From: Camelus dromedarius
Lineage: Eukaryota
Length of the DNA: 64,000 nt
NCBI RefSeq assembly: GCF_036321535.1
Contig: NC_087437.1
Span: 68,760,001 to 68,824,000 of the forward strand
Direction of reading: 5' to 3'
Made by a program: the position numbers and the translations under genes. This document shows positions 25,696 to 38,009 of this stretch, piece by piece. The first letter of the stretch is position 1; each line of letters starts with the position of its first letter. The notes beneath the pieces are model-generated. The model saw only the letters and a program-made list of their open reading frames with translations, was not told the DNA's origin and did no database searches.

Positions 25696-25832
25696 TCTTT
25701 ATTGGGGGAGGGGTAATTAGGTTTAGTTTTTTCTTTCTTTATTTTAATTTTTTTTAAATGAAGGTATTGGGGATTGAACCCAGGAACTTGTGCATACAAA
25801 GCACACACTCTACCACTGAGCTATACCCTCTT
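25696..25832 (-). mobile_element. Near full-length camelid tRNA-derived SINE (Vic-1 type)
   Basis: Minus strand GAGGGTATAGCTCAGTGGTAGAG (A box)...GGGTTCAATCCCC (B box)...AAACCTAATTACCCCTCCCCC. Confidence 0.9.
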
Positions 25833-25859
25833 TCTCTCCTTTTTCTTCTTTGTTCCAAA

Positions 25860-26049
25860 ATTTTTTTTAATTATATACTTTTTAAAGGTTACACTCCATT
25901 TACAGTTATTAAAAATGTTGGCTATATACCCATGTATGATACATCCTTGTAGCCTTTATGATGCCCAGTCGTTTGTACCTGCCACTCCCCCACCCCTCTA
26001 GTGCCCCACGCCATTTGTAATACTAGTTTGTTCTCTGTATCTGTGAGTC
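25860..26049 (-). mobile_element. LINE-1 3' UTR fragment
   Basis: TGTTGGCTATATACCC...TACATCCTTGTAGC...CTAGTTTGTTCTCTGTATCTGTGAGTC; same family of 3' UTR as 300-480. Confidence 0.8.
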
Positions 26050-26308
26050 AAGCATCCTTTTCTTTGAGTTACTTTTGATTCCTTAGCAAGATGTAAATAC
26101 TGTAACACCAATACAGGTCTATCAGCCCTTTGTGTAAGTCCCTTAGTTCCATACCTAACCTAGGCCAACTCAATTGAGTTGCTTGCTTCTTGTACATGTT
26201 CTGTAGTATGCTTGCTATTTATTTGTGAGAGAGTGGCTTCCCTTTTAACTTGATTCCTCTAAGCATCCCAGCATTAATATTTCTATCAGTTATGAGGAAC
26301 TAGGTTAT

Positions 26309-26913
26309 TATTTTTTAAACTGAAGTACAGTTAGTTACAATGTGTCAGTTTCTGGTGTACAGCATAATGTCCCAGTCATGTATATATATCTATATTTATT
26401 TTCATATTCTTTTTCATTAAAGGTTATTACAAGATATTGAATCTAGTTCCCTATGCTATACAGAAGAAATTTGTTTTTTTATCTATTTTTATATGTAGTG
26501 GTTATCATTTGCAAATTTCAAACTCCCAAATTTATCCCTTCCCACCCCTTTTCCCCTAGTAACCATAAGATTGTTCACTGGGTCTGCGAGTCTGTTTCTG
26601 TTCTGTAGATGAGTTCATTATTGTCCTCTTTTTCCTTTCTTTTTTTTTTTTTTTTCAGGCTCCACATGTAAGTGATATCATATAATATTTTTCTTTCTCT
26701 TTTTGGCTTACTTCACTTACAATGATGATCTCCAGATCCATCCATATTGCTGCAAATGGCATTATTTTATTCTTTGTTATCGCTGAGTAGTATTCTATTA
26801 TATAAATATACCACAACTTCTTTATCCAGTCATCTGTTGATGGACATTTAGATTGCTTACATGTCTTAACTACTGTATATAGTGCTGCTATGAACATATC
26901 TTTTCCACTTAGA
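26309..26913 (-). mobile_element. 5'-truncated young LINE-1 with 15-bp TSD
   Basis: ORF2 tail (MFIAALYTVVKTCKQSKCPSTDDWIKKLWY) plus 3' UTR; TSD GAGGAACTAGGTTAT at 26294-26308 and 26914-26928. Confidence 0.95.
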
Positions 26914-27230
26914 GAGGAACTAGGTTATGCTGCTGTAAGAAATGTCTCCTGAATCCTAATTTCTCATGCAGTGTTTCAACTCACTCAACATGTTAGCGTG
27001 GGTTTGCTATGATTCTGTTCCATGTCATCTTCATCTCAGGATACTCTAGCTGATGGAGTATCCTCTATTGGAGCCTCTGTCTCTAACATTGCCATCAGTT
27101 GGGAAAACCAAATCATGTGCCCAGTTGTTACCCCAATAAGATGGGAATGTATAATCCTCCCACAAAAAGGGGGCACTGTAGGGTAGGTTACCAAATATGA
27201 ATGAACAGTAATATGATCTGCAACCATCCT
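26914..27230 (-). mobile_element. Old MaLR LTR (MLT1J/K/L-like), host of the L1 insertion
   Basis: CTAGGTTATGCTGCTGTAAGAAA... start and GGATACTCTAGCTGATGGAG motif typical of old MLT1 antisense; continues left to about 26283. Confidence 0.55.
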
Positions 27231-29639
27231 GAAGCAAGTTACTATAATTATACGAAAGACTCTAACGCAGACTTAGAAATTCTTCAGATTTCTAACACCA
27301 GAAGCTGAACTTCTGGCTGTCCATATCTCCAAATTACACAAAAAGCAGTAAACCTAGTGACTCATAAATTGTACTTTTTAAGTTAATGATGAGGCAGACT
27401 TACAGCTTTTTTTTTTTTTTAAAGAATCCTTATTCTAGAATTCCTTTGAAGAAGGACAGTAACTATTAGAGGAAAATCACACACAGTTGTCCCTCTTTTT
27501 ACCTTTCACTTCATCATGCTATAAAAGATCAAAAGAATCAAATCAAGCTTATTCCCTAAGTTATGGATCTTTTTGATATTGTATAAAAATCTGATGTAAA
27601 TACTCCAGCAAAAGCTGAGCTTGGTTATAAAGAGAAAGCACATATGCAATGAATTTATTCAGATCAAATGGGTGTAGTGAAAGCTTTAAATAACTAACTG
27701 ATAAGAAGGAAATACCTAGCAATAAAATAGCTAAAAAATGAGAGTAAAATCTCATGTGAACCCATGGGAAATATAACGTTGTAGTTGGAGAGCTGACAAC
27801 AAAATTAAACTAATAAATGGGAAATACATTGCATATCAAGTCAATAACTCTGCAGTGAATGTGCTATTTTACTTTCCCAAGAAAGTGTCTTATTTATTAC
27901 TATTTTTTTAGGAATGGAAATGAATATTGAAATTTTAAAAAGCCAGAGCTCTTTCAAGTTCCTTTGAAGGAATAAACTAAGAGCAACGTACCTTCCTTTC
28001 TAGGGACCATAGAAAACTTATTTATAAGTTTTATAGTAACGAAGGTGTTCCCAGTTCAGATATTGGCTTAGTTTCAGTGAAACTGCAAGAACACTGAATA
28101 ATTTGGGATTTGGTGAGACAAGACTGTATTCCAGTGAGAAAGCAAAATAATCAACTTCTATCTCTAAAGTTCTTTGGACGTACAAAGGCTTTGTTATTTA
28201 TGTCATGCTTTTTAGTTTTGTGTGCATGAGAGATTAGTATTTAGTGTATAATTTGCCATTGCAAATAAAATAAAATACAGTAAATAGTTCACCAATTGTG
28301 GCAGTCAATGGCAGATGGCTTGCATCAGGAATCACAAATCTCTGAGTTCAAACAGTAGACAAAGGAAGTAGGAAAATAATCAGAAAAGATAATGGGGCAT
28401 GCAAATTCACCTGTATTCGTGTTTTACCCTTGCCCGTCAAGGTTGAATGCCCTCTTTAATTACCCATCAAATATTCCTAGGAGCAAGTTGCTTCGACAGA
28501 TGTTTCTGACACTGTCTTGCATATGGAGAAAATGAAGAAGTGATTTAAGGAGAAGGAGCAATACAACAAAGTTGAGTAACAAAATCTAAAAAGCTCAACT
28601 CTGTCATCATCCACCAAATAGCCCAAGTTTAAAAGTAACCTAAAGAGTTACTTGGAAAGTCTACCTTACTTATCTACAGTCTCCAAACTCAATCATCTTA
28701 ATAATGTAATTGCTGACAGAGGGGATTAACACCCCTAAATCTCTTGAAGTTGGCCAGATGTCATGTGGCCAAAGGCTAATTAGAAGAGCCTAGATAGACT
28801 TCTGAGGGACATGTGGCCACACTTGTAATACCTCTGTGGCTGATCTTGAGTTCCAGGCGCCTTAGAGATATTCTGAAGTGTTTTGCCATTTGGGAAATTA
28901 AAATGTACTGTGACAAAATTGCATAGGTTAAAAAAAGAAAGCAAAATAAAACCAAAAGAATGACTTCAATTAATGGGTCAGCCTAGGGAAATGGATTTTT
29001 TATTTGTTAAGAACCAAGGGACTGAATAAAGATCCGTCAATATACAGTACCAGGTAATTCTAATTAACTACTGTAAGCAAGGAGTTTGTCTCACTTAGTT
29101 TAGGAGCCACAGGGGAAAACAGCACTTCCTTCTTAATGCGCAGGCATTAGCGAACATTCCACGAAGGAGAGAATCTTGTTTCCCTTGGAAATTGTTGCTT
29201 GTTCTTCTCCCACTAATATTTTTATTAATCAGTATTTGATTATAGTTTCATTTTCAAAATACTTTAAAATCTTAAACTTTATAATAAAAACTTTCTTGGT
29301 CATTATCACTTTGTTCTTAAAAAAAAAAACAGAGGGAAGTTCGACCTTGGCAGGGTAAAGGGATTGGCATGTGATCATGGATCTTAGGCTTAGAATTTAG
29401 AGCTGTGAATGTAAAGAAAAGCTGTGTCACCTGCCTGCCAGTTTTATCTACCTAGTTTAAATCTTCTGTCATTTTGGGTTCTTTTATTACTTTTTACTGA
29501 AGTGGCAATTAATTAAAAAATTTTTTAATTTACTAAATTAATCATTTAATTAACTTTAAAAAACTGCCCTCTAAATTTCATACCTACACATATTTCATTT
29601 ATGCCAAAAGATGATTACTTATTCTGTAAGTTTCATTTA

Positions 29640-30080
29640 ACACACCAAATATTTTGCCATTTACCTAAATATTGATTAGTTTATTATGTATACATTTGGT
29701 TGTAGTAACATGCTGTAATTTCTTAAATTCTTTATTAGCATGAAATACTCAGATTTTTTCTAGCTTTTTTTCAATATTATTATTAACACTACAGTAATCA
29801 TCTTTATTTGTATGCTGAAGTATTTCCTTAGGATAGATAAATCCTAGGAGTGACATTATTGAGTCAAATGATATATAAGTACTTGTGACTTTTTTGCTAC
29901 ATATTTTTACTTTTCTTTATATATGAATTGACCAACTTATTATGCCAATAGCAATGAATTAGTGTGTCATTTTCACTATAACCTTCTCAACAGTGTGAGT
30001 TCCGTCAAAAAATGGATACTTCGTCAAATGCAAAATAATGTTTCAAGTTCACTTAAATTTCCTTTTTGTGACAATTAAAA
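29640..30080 (-). mobile_element. Old LINE-1 fragment
   Basis: TATTTCCTTAGGATAGATAAATCCTAGGAGTGACATTATTGAGTCAAA L1 antisense phrase. Confidence 0.6.
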
Positions 30081-30809
30081 GAGTTATATTTAAGCTAATT
30101 AAAGCCCCTGGAATCATTAAAGCTATATGGGTTATTACTGCATTTTGATTTATTGAGTTTAAATTTAGTTATATGCAGATGAGTATAAAATCCAGTTTCA
30201 GGAAATCCATGAAGGAAACTTGTTATACAGTGGCATATCACTAAATAAAATTATTTATAAGGTTGAAGTGTCTCAATCTCATATAAAAAGTACCAAAAGA
30301 ACCTTGTTAAAAGAATGATCTCATTTCAAAAAGGCTTGGAATGAATTCATTATAACAAGACATGGACCCCAAGGGCATAGCTTCAGTATTTCAGATTTTA
30401 TTTGTCTTTGATTGAAATCTTGATTTATTAATAGCATTTCACTGATTCTTTTATCCGTGTACATGATATAATTCATCTTCATCTTCCTTTCAGAACAGCC
30501 ACTGGAATAAAAGCATACATATTTGTTTGATCTCTCCCTGATTTCAGAGTTTACTATTGAGCTCTATATGAGAAATGAAACAATTTTTAAAATATTTTTT
30601 AGGAGGTAGACTCTGTTTTAAGCACTTTAGGCAGAGCTCAAAAATGAGAGTTGAATCACTTATTTTATAACAGTGATATCTTTCAGTATTGAGGGCAACA
30701 TTAGATCGCTGCTTGGACCAAGGATGGAATTCCCTCTGCAGTATTTGTGTTCAGTGCTCACAGAGCCCGTGCAGGGACATCTCCATGGAGAGGATGTCCT
30801 CTGGTAGTT

Positions 30810-31030
30810 TTCATCCATTGATTCTTCACACATTCAGTCTTATTTCATCTGTACAGTAACTCTCATTTTAAAAATAAGTGAGAGTCAGAGATATCACATA
30901 ACCATACAACAGGTATGTATCCATTTTATAGACAAAGAAACTGAGGCAGAGGGATTTTAAAACACACAGTATTACAGAACCAGGAACTGGCAGGGCTGGC
31001 ATTCTGATACAGGACTTTCTAGCTCCAAAG
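30810..31030 (-). mobile_element. MIR SINE
   Basis: CCATTTTATAGACAAAGAAACTGAGGCAGAG core. Confidence 0.75.
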
Positions 31031-32771
31031 CTCAAATTTGTAACCACTGTGAATTCTGTGCAGAGTAAAGTGAGGTGATCAATACCCTCATTCTAAATAC
31101 TGCCATTCTGTGGTGGCATCCAAAATTTCCTTTAGCATTTTTTTATATAGCTCCATTGTGGTTGGGCTCATGTTAAGCTTGCTATTATCTGAATCTACCA
31201 GGTATCCAGAGTTAATACAATTACAGATGCCCAGAGCTTTTCGCTAAGCTTGAAATCAGAAGCGAAATTTTCAGGACATCCCTGTCATGGAGAAGGTGCA
31301 TAGTTTTAAACATATTTTCTAATACATTGAAGTTCCTGGCTAAAATCTAAGTGAGAATAAATATGCATTTTTCCATTGTCAGTAATTGAAACTGATTTAG
31401 ATCACTCATTTCTTTGATTACGTGGTGATGGGTATTGAAAGATACAGTATTAAACATAGAGGATTTTGTAGTGAAGAATTAAACATCAACATTTAAGATG
31501 ATTTACTTACATTAGGGCAGATCTGGCATTTACAAATGTCCTAAGTTCTATTTTTGTTTGAAATTTTGCCTTGTGTTCTTGGGTCCTTTCTTCATCTTGC
31601 ATTTTTCTAAGTGCTTTGATATTAATGCTAATGAAATGTTTTTCGTATACAAGCCCTGCACAATTTGGGGGCGCATATATGAACGCAGTGTGTGACACAG
31701 GAGCACAAGCACCAGTGGCAATACCGGTCATAGTAACATTAGAGGAAGTAGTGATAGTAGTGATAGTGTCTTGTGACTATCTTGTAACTCCTTTGGTAAT
31801 TCACAACAGCTTCAATTCGTACCTCAAAGAGCCCAGAAGCAGAAGATCTGGGAACTGCATAAACCATCTCTTTATCTCTCCCCTAATTCTGGGCCAAATC
31901 ATTTCCCTCAAAACCGCAGCACCTTACTTCTACATGAAAATGAGACAAATTGATATTACCTCATTTGTATTTGTTTTGTAGATAATTTGCTGGGAGTCAG
32001 AAGAGTAAGAGTTGGATTTGGGCTGAATAAAAGCTATGAAAAAAAAATTAGAGAATGAACTAGGATGTTAAGCAGGGTTATGTAGGACAAGTGAGAACTG
32101 GCAATGAAGTTCAGCTTCTACTCAAAACCGAAACACCCAGTGGCACATATGTGTATGACTGTATGCTTTTCCGTAGCAGGACTTAGCAGCTCTGGTGTAG
32201 AAATAGAAAATGTTTTTGTAGAATTGGTACACAGATGGGAGTTTACACGGAGATAAAAAGTGGGGGGTAAGTAAAGTGGGAGCAAGTGATATAAAGTGTT
32301 CAAAGTGATGGATCCAGACTGGTGGTGGAAGGAATTGAAATCAGGAGAAAACTGATAGAAAGAAAATTGAGGTGCCAGAGGTGCTAGAAGTCTCAGTGAA
32401 ATCGAATGGCTGATCTAATGAACCTGAGGAAAAGCAGAGGGGATGGGTAAAAGCAGGAGCTTGTAACTGGAGAAAGACAGTGAAATGTGTAACTTTGAAG
32501 TCCAGTGGAGAGGCAGAGAGTAGACAGAGGTGATAAGAAAGCCCAGGGTGTGGGGATGAAGCAATCTGCTAGAACAGAGAGGATTGGAAGAGACTCAGAT
32601 ATCTGGGAGGCTAGATTATTTGACAGGTACAGATGGAAAACAGAGTGTTACCTCAGAGTAGGGAATGACACAATCCCAGGGAAGTGCGAGGTTTTAGGGA
32701 TGGTGGGAGAATAGAAGACAGGTGTTAATTTAGTGGGAGTAGATAACTTTTAGAAATAAGCTTTGCATAAT

Positions 32772-32835
32772 CCTCTCCTCCTCCTCCATCAACTTTCCTC
32801 CTCCTCCCCCTCCTCTTCCTCCTCCTCCTCTTCTT
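32772..32835. repeat. (CCT)n low-complexity tract
   Basis: Imperfect CCT/TCT repeats; explains the poly-Ser in ORF 32763-33185. Confidence 0.9.
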
Positions 32836-33530
32836 CTGGATCTTTTGACCATAAGTTGTATGAGAAAATAGCAATTGAAATTTTAGCACAAGTTAGGGCT
32901 CATGAATTTGCAGGATGTCTCCCCAAACAAAAGAAAAAGCAGGTTAAAATACAGGGCAAAATACTGCTGTTATTGTTCAAAAAAAAGGTATTGTGTGGCT
33001 GGTTGATCAATTGTATACATTTCCCAAAGTCACTTATACAGAGAATGCTTCATGGAAAAATGATCCCTACCCTCAAAGAACAACTTATCTATCACCTTTC
33101 TTTCTGTTTGGGCAGTGTACTAGAACTCTCAAGACTCATAAACGTAATTTGGAGTATTACAAAAGAAAATTATTATACTTTCTAATATGCCGATCTTGTT
33201 CTTCCCCCCATGACGTATCTAAGCAAACAAAAATATTCCAAGTGACAATTGACGTTTGGTCTCCATGGCCAAGGGAAACAGGAGAATTTAGATAATTCAG
33301 CAGATAGTATTTCTAGCTTAATTCTCATACTGATGTATCTATATCTATATCTATATCTATATATGGCTATCTAAAGTTTATAAAATATATTTTATCACAT
33401 ATAATTAAATATAATATCAATATTATTAATTATATAGAATATGAATACATTTGTATTATGTAATATATAAAATAAAAATAGATAAAATTTTATTTTATGT
33501 ATTATATTATGCATTTATATGTTATAAATA

Positions 33531-33534
<4 letters not shown>

Positions 33535-33588
<54 letters not shown>
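33535..33588. repeat. Perfect (AC)27 microsatellite
   Basis: 54-bp uninterrupted run adjacent to a very AT-rich tract (33330-33530). Confidence 0.98.
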
Positions 33589-33590
<2 letters not shown>

Positions 33591-35149
33591 TTAGGAGTTT
33601 GACTATAATGTTTAGTCTGCTTAGCACTATCTTATCATCCCAGAATCATAAAATCTGCCAGATATAACATTTTCGATCTTATTTTCTTAGAGCTTCAAAT
33701 TATTAATTGTGTTCTGTCTTCTAGATTTCTTCAAGAATAGCATAACTCATTTCTTCCCTTGGGAACAGAGTAAGCTATAGAAATATTAAAAGTTGCCCTC
33801 CTCCCACCCACAGGAGTAATACGTACATACATATACATAAGCTCTCAGGCTCCAGTCCACCACTGGAGGCCCAGAACAATAACAGCTCTCTGAAATATGA
33901 GTTGGCATTTCAATCTGGTCCAATTTCACCCTAAAGTTAACAATTCTGAGCTCACATTTCAGAAAGGTTTAAGGTACTGCTGAAGATGGAGTCTGATACA
34001 CAAATTTTTGTATAGTTCTGCTGGCTCTCTCATTTTTCTTTTTCTCTTTTCATTTTAAATAATGAAAGCAGTAAGATTGGAAAGGTCAAACGCTTGAGGT
34101 TTTGTCAGGCAGTTGGGGATTTCTCCAGTGAAGAATGCATCCCAATTCCCTGGAATATCTAACCTGCATCTTAGTCGGTCACTAGAACCAGGACAGATGG
34201 GATCCCCCAGGAGGGTTGGCCCACTTCCCTTCTTAGCTCACCCAATTAAAACCTGAAACCATAGATTTCTTTGACCTCACATTTGTTTTTGTTTTTTTTA
34301 AACTATTCTTTACATCTCTGAGAAAGTTTAAGCCAATGATCTGAAAACTGTTCCTCTAAAGAAAGATCAAGAAGGGAAGCAGATGAAGCAGTAGTGGAAT
34401 ATCATTTTTTGACATAGGTTACTTAATTAAGATGCTGTAAGTAAATATCAATTGTGTAGAAAGTTGCACGTGGTTGATCAGTAATGCCATAGCTAATATC
34501 AGGGTCTAATAGTTGGCTTGAAAAGATGGGGTTTGGGTGCCTTACGGTATCATCCTGACTACCTATAGGATTTTTGTGTGTTTGTTGAAAACACAAACCT
34601 TGTTTATTTCTTTTCCCTTCCATAAAATGTGATGGTAGATTGGATCATAATATGATTTTAGAAATACCTTTCTTGTCTGATTTGTTCATGAGAGTGGCTA
34701 GCATTGTACCTGACATATTATGGGTTCCTAATAAGTGCTAATTGAATGAGTGAATGGATGAGTAGTTGATTTTTGGTTAGAAGGCTTGAGTTTTGTCATA
34801 GACATGCTGAGAGGTTTTGTCCAAATTATTTAATACCTTTGTAGAGCTTCTTCCTCTTAAAGTTTCTATGGATATTATAAAGATTAATAAGGTATTCATC
34901 CAAATAAGGTGATTAATTTACTTACAACATAACTTATTAATAGTGTTAGTATTGTTTGTGTGTGTATTACCATAATCACTCATTTTGGGAGTCCTGACCA
35001 TTTCTATCACACTACCATCTTCGATTTTAATCAAGACATCTCAACACAGAATTTTTTGAAAAATGGTCCAATAATAGTGTCATTTGTATTGCTGTTACTG
35101 TTGTATTATGGCATAAAGTTATGATATAATATATATTTCTATCAACATA

Positions 35150-35560
35150 AAAATTATTTAAACCACAAGAATATTTTGAATACCTACTATGTGTCAATTA
35201 CTATTTGAAACACTATGGATACAACAAGAAACCAGATAGCCAGGATCCCTGAACTGACATTCTAGTTGGGGATGGTGGTGCACATAAGGACAGATAATGA
35301 AATGAAAAAAATAAGATAATAATAAATGCTTATAAGAATATAAATAGGGCAAATGTGAAGGAAAGTGATAGAGAAATGAGGTAATTTAGATTGGGTACTC
35401 AGAAAGCTCTCTCAGAGGAGATGGCATTTGAGCCTGGAGGTACATAAGAACCAGTGCAAATGTCCTAATGAGAATGACGTTGGAAGGTTCTAGGAACAGC
35501 AACAAATTCACTGTGGCTGAAACACAGTCAGCAAGTAGATAATAATATATTTGTACCAGG
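35150..35560 (-). mobile_element. LINE-2 3' fragment
   Basis: ATATTTTGAATACCTACTATGTGTCAA...GACATTCTAGTTGGGG...GAGGAGATGGCATTTGAGC. Confidence 0.8.
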
Positions 35561-36099
35561 AGTTGATGCACAAAGAAAAAGTAATGAATCTTTTTTCCAT
35601 CATCCCTTTGTAAAGCTAGTAGTTCTTTTATTACTGTAAGAGGAAGACGATCTAAAATAAAATGTGAGTCTTAGAATTTGTTTCCAGTACATTGTTCCAG
35701 TCTGCTTCTTGGGTGTGCTGGGTTGGTCAGCAGTCTGGAAGCACATCAACATGAAAACACTCTCTGGCTTTGCAAGCAAGAAGTGTTCTGAGAAAGAGTT
35801 GAGTTTTGCATGTTTTTTTTTTGTGTGTTTTTTCTTTCATAGTAAAAGGAAGATAAGCCCTAAGAAGGAGATATTGAGAATAGGAAAATGGACTATGAAT
35901 ACATTGGTATGTCTCTGAAGGTGAAAACATGTTCTTACACATGCATGGCTGTCAGAAAATGTTGTAAGTGTTAAAAAATAAATGCATTTCACAGTATCAG
36001 AAAAGCACATGGAGTTAAGATTCATAAGCATCATTAAATGCTAACATAAAATATTAGGAAGAAAAAATACGAAATGTGGATTTTTAGTAGGCTTTTACA

Positions 36100-37720
36100 T
36101 CTTTCATTATGAAAACTGTAAAACATACACAATACCAGAAAAAAATAATAGGGTCATGAACTCTTATGTACCCGTCATCAACTTCAATATTTACCAATGT
36201 TTCGCCTGTGTTGTTTGACCTAACCCTTTATTAAATATCTTCTCCCATTCAGTAGTTTGCCTTTTTGTTTCGATAATGGTTTTCTTCACAATGCAGATGC
36301 TTTTTAGTCTGATGTAGTCCCATTTGTTTAGTTTTGCTTTTGCTTCCTTTGTCTTTGGAGTCAGATCCACAGAAGCATCACTGAAACTAATGCCAGTGAG
36401 GTTACTGCCTTAGTTTTCTTCTAGGAATTTTATAGTTTCAGGTCTCATATTCAAGCCTTTAATCCATTTTGAGTTAATTTTTATATGTAGTGTAAGATAG
36501 TGGTCTAGTTTCATTCTTTTGCATGTGGCTGTCTAGTCTTTCCAACATCATTTATTGAAGAGACTCTCCTTTCTCCATTGTATATTCTTTGCAACTTTGT
36601 CTTAAATGAATCATCCATATATGCATAGTTTTATTTCTGGGCTTTCAATTCTGTTCCATTGATCTGTGTGTCTGTTTTTGTGTGACTACCAAACTGTTTT
36701 TATTACTATAGGTTGGTAGTACGATTTGAAATCTGGGAGCCTAATACCTCCATCTTTGATCTTCTTTCTCAAGATTATTTTGGCTATTCAAGGTCTTTTG
36801 TGGTTCCATACAAAGTTTAGAATTATTTGTTTTATTTCTGTGAAGTATGTCATTAGAATTTTGACATTCAATTTTGCATTGAATCTGTAGATTGCTTTGG
36901 GTAGTATGGACATTCTTCCTAACCCTCACTTCAATTTTTTTTTAGAGTACTGCAAAGCAGATACTAGCTATGATATTATTTCATCCATAAATCCTTTTTG
37001 CTTCAATGTATTTTAACAGACAAGGGCATACTTTTAAAAATATTACCACAATGACATTATCACACCTAACAACATTAAAGGCATTTTGCTCATATTATTT
37101 AATAAACAGACCATATTCAAAGTCCCTAATTGTCTTACGAATGTCTTTTTGTTGTTGGTTTGTTCAGTCCAGGACCCAAAAAATGTCCACACATTGAATT
37201 TGGTTATAATCTCTCTGAAATCTCTAGTGTATAATAACTTTCCTCCTTCAAACTTTTCATTTGTTTGGGAAATTGGGCCATTTGTTTTGGGAAATATCCC
37301 ACATCTAGTTTGTTTGATTGTTTCTTCATGCTGTTGTTTAAATTATCCCTCTCTTCTATGTATTTTCCCTAATTAGAGCCTGATTAGATTCAAAATCAAT
37401 GATATTTTTCAAGGATATTTTACAGGCAGTGCTTAATGCATCTACATCACATGTGTAAGCAAGCACCAAAGAGCTGGTGCTCACATTGTTAGTGATGCTC
37501 AGATTTATCAATGGGTTCAGGTGCTGTCAGCCTGGCCGAATCTATCTTAAAGTTTCCTATCAATATTTTACCTAATAGTCTTAGTTTCCATCGATGTGCC
37601 TTGCCTAGGCCATTATTTCATTACGGGTTTATAAAATAGTGATTTTAAAGTGTATTCTACTTTTTACCCAGAATTCTTCTATAAAGAAGAAATATTTCTC
37701 ATTAATTATTTGGTTACCAT
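36100..37720 (-). mobile_element. Old L1MC-type 3' UTR, interrupted at 36228-36917
   Basis: TTATGAAAACTGTAAAACATACAC...TGTACCCGTCATC...CCACAATGACATTATCACACCTAAC. The sequence appears continuous across the insert. Confidence 0.8.
36228..36917 (-). mobile_element. Internal LINE-1 ORF2 fragment without 3' UTR or poly(A), flanked by a 9-bp duplication
   Basis: Clear ORF2 antisense sequence; CCTAACCCT at 36219-36227 and 36918-36926. Confidence 0.88.
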
Positions 37721-37865
37721 GAATTGTGCTGGAATATTTTAGAGAAAAGCAAACCAGCTGAGTAGTGCAGTAGATGCGGAAGAGTGGTCTATCTATTTTT
37801 TAAACTGCTGTCTCTGACCAAGGGCCTAGAGAGGCTTTACAGCGAGACTGGTGTTTGAATTGAAT

Positions 37866-38005
37866 TCCTTCCCTTTCTTCCTCCGGTTTCTCTCTCTTTC
37901 CCTCTCTCTCTCTCTCTGTCTCCCTCCCTCTCTCCTTCTCTCCTTTCCCCTTCCTTCCATCCTTCTTTTCTTCTTTTCTCCCTCTCTTTTTCTCTCTTTC
38001 TTTCC
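37866..38005. repeat. Polypyrimidine (CT/CCTT) tract
   Basis: About 140 bp almost entirely C/T on the + strand. Confidence 0.9.
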
Positions 38006-38009
38006 CTAC

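Noticed and set aside
25760..25832. tRNA-like sequence with A and B boxes
   Set aside because: Head of a tRNA-derived SINE with its tail attached, not a tRNA gene.
31571..31981. 136-aa hydrophobic ORF
   Set aside because: TTG start; includes low-complexity GTAGTGATA repeats and a MIR-like end.
32763..33185. 140-aa ORF with poly-Ser
   Set aside because: Driven by the (CCT)n tract; TTG start; no domain.
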